A DNA stretch of 64,000 nt from Candidatus Zixiibacteriota bacterium. Its GTDB lineage: Bacteria > Zixibacteria > MSB-5A5 > GN15 > FEB-12. This document shows, one piece after another, positions 31,251 through 40,795 of the stretch. The DNA lies in assembly GCA_035380245.1 (NCBI GenBank), contig DAOSXA010000004.1, positions 13,421-77,420 of the forward strand, given 5' to 3'. The notes beneath the pieces are model-generated. The model saw nothing but the letters and a program-made list of their open reading frames with translations, did not search any database and had not been told where the DNA came from. Position numbers and translations under genes: made by a program. Position 1 is the first letter of the stretch. The number at the start of each line of letters is the position of its first letter.

Positions 31251-31606
31251 GGATTGAGACAGGATTGTGCGCAGGATTTGTGAAGGAAGTGGAGGGGCGA
31301 GCGAAGGGGCCGCTGGTGTCCACAATCTCGGCCCGATCCCGTTGTAGGTCGAAATCCCCTGCCCGCCGCAGGCGGGTCGCAAAGCGAGGTTTCGACATTC
31401 AATTCACTCCCCGAAATCTCCTTTTGGGAGGATTGAGACAGGATTGTGCGCAGGATTTGTGGAGGAGTTGGAGGGGCGAGCGAAGGGGCCGCTGGTGTCC
31501 ACAATCTCGGCCCGATCCCGTTGTAGGTCGAAATCCCCTGCCCGCCGCAGGCGGGTCGCGAAGCGAGGTTTCGACATTCAATTCACTCCCCGAAATCTCC
31601 TTTTGG
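31251..31606 (+). repeat. Tandem direct duplication, 2 copies of about 179 bp. Each copy contains one GTAG-REP plus the last 7 codons and stop of the RAYT gene.
   Basis: Copy 1 spans 31251-31429 and copy 2 spans 31430-31606, near-identical with a few substitutions clustered around offset 30-40. REPs lie at 31344-31396 and 31523-31575. Confidence 0.9.
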
Positions 31607-32110
31607 ATCGATACTCCCAGACACACCCCAGGTCTCGTCGTAAACACCAAGGTCGACAAACATCTTGAATGAGGAGTACCGCCAGGCAGAAGCTCGATCG
31701 GCGTGGCCGTGCTTCACGGCATTATAGTGGACGTAGTCGAAGTGGCGGTTCAGATCCTCTTGATCTCGTATGACGTGGTCCCAGAATCGGTTCTGCCACA
31801 CCTTACCGGCCTTGACACCAACCCTTTTGCGATACAACGACGAAAAGGAGAGCTTCCAGCGACGGCTCAGACTGGAAACGTCGTGATTGAGGGGATCGAC
31901 CACCATATGAACGTGATCCGGGAGAATAGCCCATGCCATTAGAAGCCATTTCCCGTCACGGGACAGTTTCTGCCACGCCGCGTGGATCAGATCGGCATTG
32001 TCAACGAGGATTGGGTTACGTTTCTCGACAACGTGGGACAAGAAGTAAACCTGTTCTTTCCCTTTGTAACGTCGGATATTGGTCACGGCGGAATGTAGCA
32101 AGTCGGGCAA
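31583..32110 (-). mobile_element. REP-associated tyrosine transposase (RAYT; IS200/IS605-like Y1 HUH transposase), 175 aa
   Basis: HUH motif PDHVHMVV; catalytic-Tyr region YVHYNAVKHGHA; N-terminal YFLSHVV strand. It is flanked by inverted REPs at 31523-31575 and 32160-32213. Confidence 0.8.
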
Positions 32111-32159
32111 ACAAGATCAACGGTTTGTCGAACCTCGGGGGGGCCGTATTCAGGGGATT

Positions 32160-32213
32160 GTCGAAACCTCGCTTCGCGAGTCCCGCCTCGTGGGACCAGG
32201 GGTTTCGACCTAC
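32160..32213 (-). repeat. GTAG-headed REP hairpin, inverted relative to the copies at 31344 and 31523
   Basis: Minus strand reads GTAGGTCGAAACCCCTGGTCCCACGAGGCGGGACTCGCGAAGCGAGGTTTCGAC. It sits 50 nt upstream of the RAYT start. Confidence 0.8.
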
Positions 32214-32597
32214 AGGGCTCCTCGCACCGTTCGACGGTTCCAAGCCCCCCTCACATTCCCTACAAGCTCTGTGAAAAATCCGATGTGAGCCCATGATGTA
32301 GAGAAGCAGACCGGGAGGTCAGCCGCCCGCGAGATGCGAAATATGCAAAACGAACCCATTTCGCCGTAAGCCGAAAACATCTATCAGGTTCGGGCGGAGG
32401 TGCGAATTCGCATTGTGGATAATTCGGCCGAGAGATTGCCTTTTCACATAGCTCCTCACAAAGACAGTGGTTGAGCCATTGCCATTGGAAGCGCGACTTA
32501 TCGGTCAAACGGCCCGGAGTTTGCCCCGGTTTTTCATACAGAAAACCAGGGCCGATCCAAAAATCATAATCTCCCCATTGGCGTCATCGGTTCAAGC

Positions 32598-33020
32598 TCA
32601 ACCCTGGGTACTAGAAGAATAATAATGCAGACTGGATAAAAACAAACCAAGCCCGATCGCCAGATAAATCGGCGAGAGGTAAAGACGGGAAATGGGAGAA
32701 TGCCGAAGGCCGTAGCCCATCACCACCATGATAACGATAATCAAATAGCTACGCCAACTCTGGAAGGCGAACAGACATACCCGTTCACGGTCGGTCGCCT
32801 GGGTCAGGAGTCGGATTTTGTTTTTGCGCACGAGCCTCAGAAAACCGAACCGATAAACCACTAAGCCGACCGCCGCCCCGATCGTCACCGGTACAATCCA
32901 GGCCGTCTCCTCCATCGTCAGCCAATGCGCCGCTACTACGCAAAGCATAATCCCGACCGCGGACCAGACCATCCCGGCCAGCACCGGAAGCAGCTTCTTG
33001 TTCACCGAAGGCGACTTCAT
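32598..33020 (-). CDS. Small hypothetical membrane protein (about 4 TM)
   Basis: Four hydrophobic spans. I recognise no family. Confidence 0.5.
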   Translation of the reverse strand: MKSPSVNKKLLPVLAGMVWSAVGIMLCVVAAHWLTMEETAWIVPVTIGAAVGLVVYRFGFLRLVRKNKIRLLTQATDRERVCLFAFQSWRSYLIIVIMVVMGYGLRHSPISRLYLSPIYLAIGLGLFLSSLHYYSSSTQG

Positions 33021-33181
33021 ACGACCTCAAATTAAGAAGCAACCTCGCCGGATCATATATGTTTTTTTGACCGCTTGTGGCTCTCCGGCCAGGTTGCTCT
33101 CCGGAAGAATCAACGGATATCGTTAAACCCAAACGGCGTCTCAAACGTCCTATCGGCAACTTCAGCAACCAGGGAGTATAA

Positions 33182-34081
33182 ATGACAACGACCAGCCCCG
33201 TCATCCTGCTCTTGACTTTAACGGCTCTTGCCGTTCACGCCCAACAACCAGATTTCCAACATCTGACCGGTCCTTATCTCGGACAAACACCACCGGGAAC
33301 GACCCCACAGGTCTTTGCCGAAGGACTCATCGATCCCGATTTACACGGTTGTCCCGTCTTCACACCCGATGGACTCGAGGTCTACTGGAAGCCTATGAAC
33401 AACGAACATGTGCTGTGCTCACGAACGGTCGACGGCCATTGGACGGCGCCGACACCCATCGAGTTTCCCCATCGGTTTGATAACTCCGATGCCCCGATCC
33501 TGTCGGTCGATGGAATCCGCCTTTATTTTGTATCGACCGAACCGATGAATATCGCCGACAACATCCGGGAACATGTCTGGTTCAGCGACCGAAACGAGAA
33601 TGGCTGGGGAACACCAACGCCGGCAGGAAACAATATCAACCGGATGGGCGTACATTGGCAAACATCCGTGGCCGCCAACGGCGATCTGTATTTCCATTCG
33701 CTCAATTCAGGCGGTGGAGATATTTTCTCCTCGAGTTTTATTGACGACGCCTGGGCTGTCCCCGAAGCCCTCGGGGCGACCGTCAACGCAGCCACCTACG
33801 AACACGCACCGTTTATCGCACCCGACCAGAGCTACCTCATCTTTTCACGGGTCGATTTTTCCTCGGAGGACAAAGGCGCCGATCTGTTCATCAGCTTCCG
33901 CAAGCCGAACGGTGAATGGGGCCTGGCTCGTCCCATGACCGAGCTCAACAAACCGGGAATCAACGAGACGGCGCCGAACGTAACACGCGATGGGAAATAC
34001 TTGTTCTTTCTTAGCAACACTGCCAACGGCCTGAGCGCGCACTGGGTCAGCACGGCCGTGATCGATCGCTACCGTTCCTGA
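33182..34081 (+). CDS. Secreted TolB-like / PD40 (WD40-like) beta-propeller repeat protein
   Basis: Signal peptide ...LTALAVHAQQ. Periodic motifs are LYFVS, LYFHS, LIFSR and LFFLSN. Confidence 0.5.
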   Translation: MTTTSPVILLLTLTALAVHAQQPDFQHLTGPYLGQTPPGTTPQVFAEGLIDPDLHGCPVFTPDGLEVYWKPMNNEHVLCSRTVDGHWTAPTPIEFPHRFDNSDAPILSVDGIRLYFVSTEPMNIADNIREHVWFSDRNENGWGTPTPAGNNINRMGVHWQTSVAANGDLYFHSLNSGGGDIFSSSFIDDAWAVPEALGATVNAATYEHAPFIAPDQSYLIFSRVDFSSEDKGADLFISFRKPNGEWGLARPMTELNKPGINETAPNVTRDGKYLFFLSNTANGLSAHWVSTAVIDRYRS

Positions 34082-34170
34082 TCGGCGAACACCGCACCGC
34101 CACTCCGGCTTGACACCGTAGTCGCAACACTGTACTTTGCTGCGTCCGATAACTCCTGTCAGGACGGAAG

Positions 34171-35346
34171 ATGAGCAGACTTGTCCTCAAGCCCAAAGAA
34201 GACTACCGAATTCGCACCGGTCATCTCTGGGTTTTCAGTAACGAAATCGCGCGGGTAGAAGAGGCTCCCGGTTCGGGCGAGATTGTCGATGTGACCGACT
34301 CCCGAGGCGGTTTTTTAGGATGTGCCTATTACAATCGCCATACCCTCATTGCCGCCCGCCTGCTGACCTCACATCACGAGGAAATCGACACCGCTTTTAT
34401 CGAGCAACGCCTGCGTCGCGCTCTACGCTACCGCGAAGAGATGCTGGATTCGTTGCGTTCATTTCGCACCGTCTATTCTGAAAGTGATTTTCTTCCCGGT
34501 CTGATCGTCGACAAATACGAGAACATTCTAGTTGTACAACTGCTCACTCTCGGTATGGAACGACTGCGAAGCCGGATTATCGAGGCACTCCATCGGGTTT
34601 TCCAGCCCGCGGGCATCGTTCTGCGATGTGACTCTCCTTTTCGCGAACTCGAAGGCCTGCCTGTCGAGGCCACTTCCGTTGTGGCTGGAACCGTACCGGA
34701 TATGGTGGTTATCGAGGAAGCCGGTGCGCGTTTTATCGTGGATACCATGCAGGGACAGAAAACCGGCTTTTTCTTCGATCAACGTGATGCCCGCGCTGCC
34801 GTACGCCGGCTCGCTCGGAATCGACGCGTGCTCGATTGTTTCAGTTTCACCGGCGGATTCTCGATCAACTGCGCTTTCGGAGGCGCCACCGAAGTGCTCG
34901 CGGTCGACCGCTCATCCCCCGCTCTCGACATCCTGAACGATAACGCTCGCTTGAACGGTGTCGAGAAAATCGTTTCCACACGGCAGGGCAATTGCCTTGA
35001 CATCCTTCGCGACCTGAATGAGCGCAAGGAGCGGTTCGACCTGGTCATCCTCGATCCGCCGGCCTTTATCAAATCAAAAAGCCGTCTTAAAACCGGAATG
35101 GCCGGCTATCGCGACATCAATCGCCTTGCCGCGCGTTTGTTGGCGCCCGAGGGAATTCTGGCTACTTTTAGCTGCTCGCAGAATCTCAATATCGATCAGT
35201 TCTCCAAAATTCTTTTTCAGGCCGCTCGCAGTTCGGGCCGGAGGTTCCGCATCATTAGCTCCCTGACCCAGGCCGTCGACCACCCTGTCCTCCAGGCTAT
35301 GCCGGAGACTCAGTATCTCAAAGGCCTTATCCTCCAGGCTCTGTGA
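34171..35346 (+). CDS. Class I SAM-dependent rRNA (cytosine-C5) methyltransferase, RlmI-like (PUA plus methyltransferase domains)
   Basis: LKPKEDYRIRTGHLWVFSNEI (PUA-like N-terminus), QKTGFFFDQRDAR, LDCFSFTGGFS, ILDPPAF. Confidence 0.85.
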   Translation: MSRLVLKPKEDYRIRTGHLWVFSNEIARVEEAPGSGEIVDVTDSRGGFLGCAYYNRHTLIAARLLTSHHEEIDTAFIEQRLRRALRYREEMLDSLRSFRTVYSESDFLPGLIVDKYENILVVQLLTLGMERLRSRIIEALHRVFQPAGIVLRCDSPFRELEGLPVEATSVVAGTVPDMVVIEEAGARFIVDTMQGQKTGFFFDQRDARAAVRRLARNRRVLDCFSFTGGFSINCAFGGATEVLAVDRSSPALDILNDNARLNGVEKIVSTRQGNCLDILRDLNERKERFDLVILDPPAFIKSKSRLKTGMAGYRDINRLAARLLAPEGILATFSCSQNLNIDQFSKILFQAARSSGRRFRIISSLTQAVDHPVLQAMPETQYLKGLILQAL

Positions 35347-35504
35347 CCCACTTCGTCGGGATGGTTGAAAAAGGTGTACGCCCGGAGTTTCGAGAAAACA
35401 CAATAGTAACACGAGCGACACGAAGCCGCTCGCTACGCAAGATCATGATTTTACTGCGTGCTCCGGGATTTCGTACCCGATACGATGGATACAACAAATG
35501 GGAT

Positions 35505-35540
35505 ACAAAAACGAAGGCTGGAGCGGGTGCTCCAGCCTTT
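35505..35540 (-). terminator. Terminator hairpin between convergent genes (best fit for the minus-strand SWIB gene)
   Basis: aaggctggagc-gggt-gctccagcctt. The minus-strand reading is followed by cgtttttgt. Confidence 0.65.
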
Positions 35541-35605
35541 CACGGTGTCGTTCTATGACGTCAACAGTCCGGCGTGTGGCGGTCCGGACCTAAAATGGGT
35601 CTCGC

Positions 35606-36163
35606 CTATTTCATATGCTTGGAGACCAGCTTGGTCATCTCAAACATTGAGACCTGCTTCTTGCCGCCGAAGATTTTCTTCAGCTTTTCGTCGGCATTGA
35701 TCATGCGCTTGTTAGCCGTATCCTGAAGCCCGTTCTTCTTGATGTATTCCCAGAGCTTCTTGGTGACTTCAGTGCGCGGGATTGCCTTAGTGCCTACGAT
35801 AGCGCCCAGGTCAGCAGACAGCTCCATCGGACGCATAAAAGCCGGATTCGGCTTACGTTTAGACGCTGTCTTTTTCTTAGGCGCGGCTTTTTTCGCAGCA
35901 GGCTTCTTCGCAGCGGCCTTTTTCTTGGGAGCGGCCTTCTTGGCAGCCGGCTTCTTCGCAGCGGCCTTCTTCTTCGGAGCGGCCTTCTTCGGAGCAGCCT
36001 TCTTAACCGTGGTCTTCTTCGGCGCGACCTTCTTGGTCGTGACCTTCTTCTTCGGTGCAGCCTTCTTAGCCGTGGTCTTCTTCGGGGCAGCCTTCTTGGC
36101 CGTGGTCTTCTTCGGAGCGGCCTTCTTCTTGGCCGGCGCCTTCTTCTTCGCTACGGGCATCAT
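35606..36163 (-). CDS. Lys/Ala-rich histone-H1-like repeat region fused to a C-terminal SWIB/MDM2 domain
   Basis: I prefer the start at the ATGATG, with an AAGGAG 3-6 nt upstream. The N-terminal region of about 100 aa is made of (A/T)KK(A/P)APKK repeats. The C-terminus is AFMRPMELSADLGAIVG...PRTEVTKKLWEYIKKNGLQD...INADEKLKKIFG...VSMFEMTKLVSKHM. Confidence 0.85.
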   Translation of the reverse strand: MMPVAKKKAPAKKKAAPKKTTAKKAAPKKTTAKKAAPKKKVTTKKVAPKKTTVKKAAPKKAAPKKKAAAKKPAAKKAAPKKKAAAKKPAAKKAAPKKKTASKRKPNPAFMRPMELSADLGAIVGTKAIPRTEVTKKLWEYIKKNGLQDTANKRMINADEKLKKIFGGKKQVSMFEMTKLVSKHMK

Positions 36164-36371
36164 GTGCTCCTTTGTAACATTAGGTCGTTGGTTAGTTTTA
36201 TTATGTACTCTTTTGTCTTCGTTAGGCAATCTATAGACAAATCAAATCAAGAATGAGCTACGCGTCCCGATCCAACCGAGCGAAATCTACCGGAGTTTGA
36301 AACTCTATTGCAACAAAAAAAAGTTTTTATGAAGTCATTTTGTCTATGAAAAAGAGACAATGTCAAACGGG

Positions 36372-37577
36372 CTAGATAAGATCGGGGCGCTCCAGTCGGA
36401 ACACCGGTGCTTCGGCAGGGCAACCGAGCCGGAACGGGAACCAATGACCGACTCCGGCCGAGGTGAAAAGCCGGTTATCACCGATACGATAATGCCCCCA
36501 GAGATAGCTTCCTCCGAAGAAACGTTCGAAGACAGAACGTCCCGCGAAGCCTATCTGACCACCGTGGGTGTGACCGGCCAGTGTGAGATCGACACCTAGG
36601 CGTGCCGCCGGTTCGAAGACGTAAGGGCGATGGCTCATCAGAATCGTGAATGTTCCCTCGGGGACTCCATCCAGAGTCTGCACCAGAGAATCGACGAAGA
36701 AACTCTCTCCGACATTGCTCATCGAGCGGGGATCATCGAGTCCCGCGATCGCCAGCGGGACATTATTGGCGTTGACCATGACAGTCTGATTGATCAAGAG
36801 CGGTACCGGGGAGGCATCGAAAATGCGAATGACTTTTTTTACCCCTCGGAAATACTCGTGATTGCCGAGAGTAGCATAAACGCCGAAACGCGGGTGCAGA
36901 CCGTCGAACATCCGAAGAGCCTCGGGGAGCATTTCGAGTTCATCGGAGACATCCCCCGAGACAAGCACCAGATCCGGTTGGAACTGCTCGGCCTCGGTCA
37001 GGACCTGTTCCAAGGTGTGGAGATTGACATAGTGTCCCAGATGAATGTCGGAAAGATGCAGCAACCGGAGACCCGCAAGCGGCGGCGGCAGTGTAGCAAA
37101 AGCGAGAGGTTCCTCGTAAACTTTCACCGAACCGAGAGCCTGGGCGACACCGGTGACCGACATCCCGACAGTTGCGGCCGGAAGGATCAACGCCGTAGTT
37201 CTGAGAAAAGCACGCCGGTTGGTGTTGAGTTTGTCCGGGACAGCGGTTTTAATCCTGCGTGCGATGAAATCAGCAAGGGAATCGGTCAGATGGAGAATCC
37301 CGGAAATCGGCAGAGCGATCATAAGGGCCACTTCGAGAACGAACACCAGCACTGCCGCCAGCGAAGCGGCATCCGACAACCAGGTCAGCGAGAACCAGGC
37401 TCCCACACCCCAGAGAGCTACGAAAACTATCCCGGCCAGGGGCAGCGACCAGGATGAGCGCCGCATCCAGGTCCGTCGCCACCAGGGCCGATTGAGGGCA
37501 TAAAGCAACAGCACCTGCAAACCACCCACAACCAGAATGGCAATAGTGGAGAATATAATCGGGAAAAGCTCTCGCAT
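36372..37577 (-). CDS. Membrane-anchored metallophosphoesterase (YaeI/YkuE-like)
   Basis: N-terminal TMs, then LLHLSDIHLGH, SGDVSDE, GNHEY, AGHTHGGQI. Confidence 0.85.
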   Translation of the reverse strand: MRELFPIIFSTIAILVVGGLQVLLLYALNRPWWRRTWMRRSSWSLPLAGIVFVALWGVGAWFSLTWLSDAASLAAVLVFVLEVALMIALPISGILHLTDSLADFIARRIKTAVPDKLNTNRRAFLRTTALILPAATVGMSVTGVAQALGSVKVYEEPLAFATLPPPLAGLRLLHLSDIHLGHYVNLHTLEQVLTEAEQFQPDLVLVSGDVSDELEMLPEALRMFDGLHPRFGVYATLGNHEYFRGVKKVIRIFDASPVPLLINQTVMVNANNVPLAIAGLDDPRSMSNVGESFFVDSLVQTLDGVPEGTFTILMSHRPYVFEPAARLGVDLTLAGHTHGGQIGFAGRSVFERFFGGSYLWGHYRIGDNRLFTSAGVGHWFPFRLGCPAEAPVFRLERPDLI

Positions 37578-37663
37578 GGTCTCCTGGGTTCCTCGATCAG
37601 TTTATACGCGCCGAGACGGAAATCTATCGCTTTTTTCGCACTGCTTGTCCCTGCGCCTTTTCT

Positions 37664-39262
37664 TTATTTACGCCAGGTGGCCGGTCTGAGGACGATCAGG
37701 ACCGTGAAAATTTCGAGGCGACCAAGGAGCATCGAAACCACCAGGATCCATTTCCCGGGGATCGGAATCCAGGAGTAATTCTCAACCGCTCCGACACCGG
37801 ACAAACCAGGGCCGATGTTTCCGATGGTGGCGATCGAGGCTGCTACGGCGGTGGTCAAATCAGGCACGAAAAGGGTCATCAGGATAGCGACCAGGGCGAA
37901 TAGACCGACAAACAAAATCGAGAAGGAAACTATGTTGATTGACATCTTGTCATCGACTGCGCTCGATCCGATCTTCAAGGGAGCCACCAGACGCGGGAAG
38001 GTCAGCTTGCGCAGTTCGTTTATGGCCATCTTGAACACTACCATGATACGAATCATCTTCATGCCGCCACCCGTAGAACCGGCACAGCCGCCGAAGAACA
38101 TCAGCACGATCATGAGAATACGAAGGAAATCCGGCCAGATGTCGAAATCGGTAGTGGCAAAACCAGTGGTAGTAGTGATGGAGAGAACCTGAAAAGTCGC
38201 CTCACGGACCGTACCGTAAACAGTCGTATATTTAGACGCGTGTAATTGGTGATGATCAATAAACTCCTCGGCGGTCAGTTGGTGGTGCCGCCAGTGATCG
38301 GAGGCCTCCTTGACCGGTTTCGGTCCGCCGAAGTACAAAACAGCCGAGACCAGAACGATCGCGACCAGGATCACCCCGGTGTAGAAACGAAATTCACGGT
38401 TGTCGGTCATAGCGCGGATATCACCCCGGAGAGCCTTGAAATGCAGTACGAAATTTACCCCGGCAAGAAACATGAAGAGACTGATAATCCAGGTGATCCA
38501 GTCGGACTCGAAGCCGGCGACAGAAGCGTTACGGGTGGAAAATCCCCCGGTGGCCATAGTCGCGAACGAATGACAGATCGCCTCAAACCAGTCCATTCCG
38601 GCAATCATGAGCAGCCCTGTCTCTACGGCGGTAAGCAGACAATAAACACCCCAGAGAATCGAGGCGGTATGGGTCAGACGTGGACCGAGTTTATCTTTGG
38701 AGGGACCGGGGACTTCGCCGCGAAACATTTGGTAACCGGAAACACCCATGGCCGGGAAGATCGCCAGAGCGAGAGTGATGATCCCCATGCCGCCAAGCCA
38801 GTGGGTCAACGCACGTAAAAACAGAAGCGAGCGCGGGACGGCCTCGATGTCGGTCAGAATCGAGGCGCCGGTAGTGGTAAAGCCGGACATGACTTCGAAA
38901 AAAGAATCGGTAAAGGCCAGCATGAAACCGTTGCTGTCGGGCGGCCGGACTTCCATAAAATAGAGGCAGAACGGAATTGATGAAATGAGTGTAAGCATCA
39001 TCCAGCCGATCGTCACCACGGCATAGCCCTCTTTGGTACCCTGCAATTCACGGGCGCTCCGGAACAGCCAGGCGACAGCCGTTCCGAAAATCAGCGAGAA
39101 AGCGATGGCGATCACGAATCCGAGTGTCTCCGGACGGCCGAACGCCTGCAACAGACCAAGAGACCGGTCATCGTAGAAAGCGATGGCAAGCGGGACAATC
39201 AAAACCAGTCCCATAACCTGCATGAGCTTGCCTGTGGCCAGCGCCACTGCGGTCTTATGCAT
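37664..39262 (-). CDS. trkH: TrkH/KtrB-family potassium uptake membrane subunit
   Basis: Four selectivity-filter-like motifs: FTTTGAS, ATGGFS, TTTGFAT, GSTGGGMK. Confidence 0.9.
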   Translation of the reverse strand: MHKTAVALATGKLMQVMGLVLIVPLAIAFYDDRSLGLLQAFGRPETLGFVIAIAFSLIFGTAVAWLFRSARELQGTKEGYAVVTIGWMMLTLISSIPFCLYFMEVRPPDSNGFMLAFTDSFFEVMSGFTTTGASILTDIEAVPRSLLFLRALTHWLGGMGIITLALAIFPAMGVSGYQMFRGEVPGPSKDKLGPRLTHTASILWGVYCLLTAVETGLLMIAGMDWFEAICHSFATMATGGFSTRNASVAGFESDWITWIISLFMFLAGVNFVLHFKALRGDIRAMTDNREFRFYTGVILVAIVLVSAVLYFGGPKPVKEASDHWRHHQLTAEEFIDHHQLHASKYTTVYGTVREATFQVLSITTTTGFATTDFDIWPDFLRILMIVLMFFGGCAGSTGGGMKMIRIMVVFKMAINELRKLTFPRLVAPLKIGSSAVDDKMSINIVSFSILFVGLFALVAILMTLFVPDLTTAVAASIATIGNIGPGLSGVGAVENYSWIPIPGKWILVVSMLLGRLEIFTVLIVLRPATWRK

Positions 39263-39265
39263 GGA

Positions 39266-40618
39266 TCATCCCCGAGCCTTGAAGAGTTTCGAGATCGCCC
39301 CCAGGTTTTTATGACGGGTGATCATAATGACATGGTCGTCGGCTTCGATTACGGTGTCGCCGCCCGGAAGGATCATTCGGTCCTGGCGTACGATGATGCC
39401 CACAATAGACCCACGCTTGAGTTTCGATGCCAGCTTACGGATTTGCATGCCGGCGACATCGCTGGTTGGGCTGACGTTGAACCGGACCGCCTCGATATCA
39501 ACATCATGCAGCCTCACAACCGCTCCGATCTGTCCGCGTGAGATGATTTCCAGAATTTCGCGAGCGGTGGTAAGACGAGGATTGAGAACATGGTCAATAC
39601 CGATCGAATGGAAAAGAGCATCGTGCTGGTTGTCGGTGGTGGTGGCAATTACCTCGTGAGCCCCCTCGACTTTAGCCAGCAGGGTCGAGAGCATGTTGTA
39701 TTCGGCGGCGTTGGAGCTGGCGATGAAAAAGGAAGCAGACTCGATGTTGATTTCACGGAGAATGTCGGCCTGGGTACAATCGCCGTGGATGACCTGGACC
39801 GTTTCGAACTGGGCGGCTATTTCTTCGGCATGTTTGAGATTGGGATCGACCAGAATGACATTATTGTCGGTCTTATCGAGAGCCAGAGCCAGTTCGGCCG
39901 TGGCATAGGAATCACCACTGACGACTATCTTGCGGCGCTTTTTGTGTTCGAAACCCATCATCTGCAGGAAGCGCGGCAATGATTCGCGCGGGAAAAGCGA
40001 ATAAACGATATCGCCGGGAAGAATCTCGGTGGAGCCGTCGGGGATCATCCCTTCCCCGGCTCTGACGAGAGCGGCAAACAAAACGATATGCGGATTTATT
40101 TCCTGTCTGATTTGCAGCGGAGTTTTACCGGCAATCTCCATATTCTCGCGGACGCGGTAACCGCGAAGTAAAATCCGGCCTTCTTCAAAATCAGCCGACT
40201 CGACGGCATGGGGTGTCTCGACAAACTGGAGGATGTTGTCCACCAGAACTTTCTCAGGGTGAATCACGGAGGTGATACCGATTTTGCTGAGTGAGGCGCT
40301 GTCGTTGTTGAACTCGCGGTTGCGAATACGAGCGATACGGCGGGGAACCTCATATTGAGCCGCAATGGCGCACACGACCATGTTAACCTCGTCGTTCGGC
40401 GTCACGGCCAGCACCATGTCGGCTTCCGGAAGACCTGCCTCATGGAGCACCGCCGGTGAACTCCCCGATCCGTTAATGATCTGAAGGTCTAATTTCTCCG
40501 AGATCTCACGGCAGAGATTGGCGTCCAACTCGACCAGTGACAGATGATGTTTATCTCTAAGCAGATGATCGGCTAGCGAATAACCAACTACACCGCCGCC
40601 AACAATGACAATTCTCAT
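39266..40618 (-). CDS. trkA: Trk system potassium uptake protein TrkA (double RCK)
   Basis: MRIVIVGGGVVGYSLA... and a second Rossmann motif KIVVSGDSYATAELA. It ends 3 nt upstream of trkH. Confidence 0.92.
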   Translation of the reverse strand: MRIVIVGGGVVGYSLADHLLRDKHHLSLVELDANLCREISEKLDLQIINGSGSSPAVLHEAGLPEADMVLAVTPNDEVNMVVCAIAAQYEVPRRIARIRNREFNNDSASLSKIGITSVIHPEKVLVDNILQFVETPHAVESADFEEGRILLRGYRVRENMEIAGKTPLQIRQEINPHIVLFAALVRAGEGMIPDGSTEILPGDIVYSLFPRESLPRFLQMMGFEHKKRRKIVVSGDSYATAELALALDKTDNNVILVDPNLKHAEEIAAQFETVQVIHGDCTQADILREINIESASFFIASSNAAEYNMLSTLLAKVEGAHEVIATTTDNQHDALFHSIGIDHVLNPRLTTAREILEIISRGQIGAVVRLHDVDIEAVRFNVSPTSDVAGMQIRKLASKLKRGSIVGIIVRQDRMILPGGDTVIEADDHVIMITRHKNLGAISKLFKARG

Positions 40619-40741
40619 AACTCGCGCTGATTCCGTTTTTTTTGGGCTCGGCTTCCTTTTTCAGCGACAAAATGCAGGCGATAGACCGGGCTTGGCAACC
40701 ATTTAATCGGGAAGACGACTTCTCGGACAAAATCACGTTCA

Positions 40742-40774
40742 CAAGAAAGGGCCGGAGTCATCGACTCCGGCCCC
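40742..40774 (-). terminator. Rho-independent terminator after the M32 carboxypeptidase gene
   Basis: Minus strand: gggccggagtc-gat-gactccggccc followed by tttcttgt. Confidence 0.7.
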
Positions 40775-40795
40775 ATAAAAACCATGATACCCGGA

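Noticed and set aside
30112-31257. 381-aa plus-strand ORF opposite ffh, running into the repeat region
   Set aside because: It is antisense to ffh, has no motifs, and its end runs through non-coding repeat DNA.
31251-31606. Possible CRISPR array
   Set aside because: There are only two units, they are directly adjacent with no spacers, and the 179-bp unit is far longer than a CRISPR repeat. No cas genes are nearby. I interpret it as a tandem duplication of a REP-containing segment.
31037-31672. Several 74-155 aa ORFs on both strands across the repeat region (for example 31037..31504 on the minus strand and 31208..31672 on the plus strand)
   Set aside because: They are created by and duplicated with the tandem repeat or REP sequence. 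They have low-complexity Arg/Pro/Gly-rich translations and no start context.
32260-32580. Open frame on the minus strand (the listed 82-aa ORF; the stop-to-stop frame extends to about 32580 and reads ...WGDYDFWIGPGFLYEKPGQTPGR...)
   Set aside because: It has no ATG or RBS and contains no motif I recognise. It lies between a REP and a membrane-protein gene. It could be a gene remnant, but I cannot support that from sequence alone.
35739-36236. 165-aa Phe/Ala/Gly-rich plus-strand ORF
   Set aside because: It is the antisense reading of the Lys/Ala (AAG/GCN) repeats of the SWIB gene. The SWIB frame has an RBS, a terminator and a real domain.
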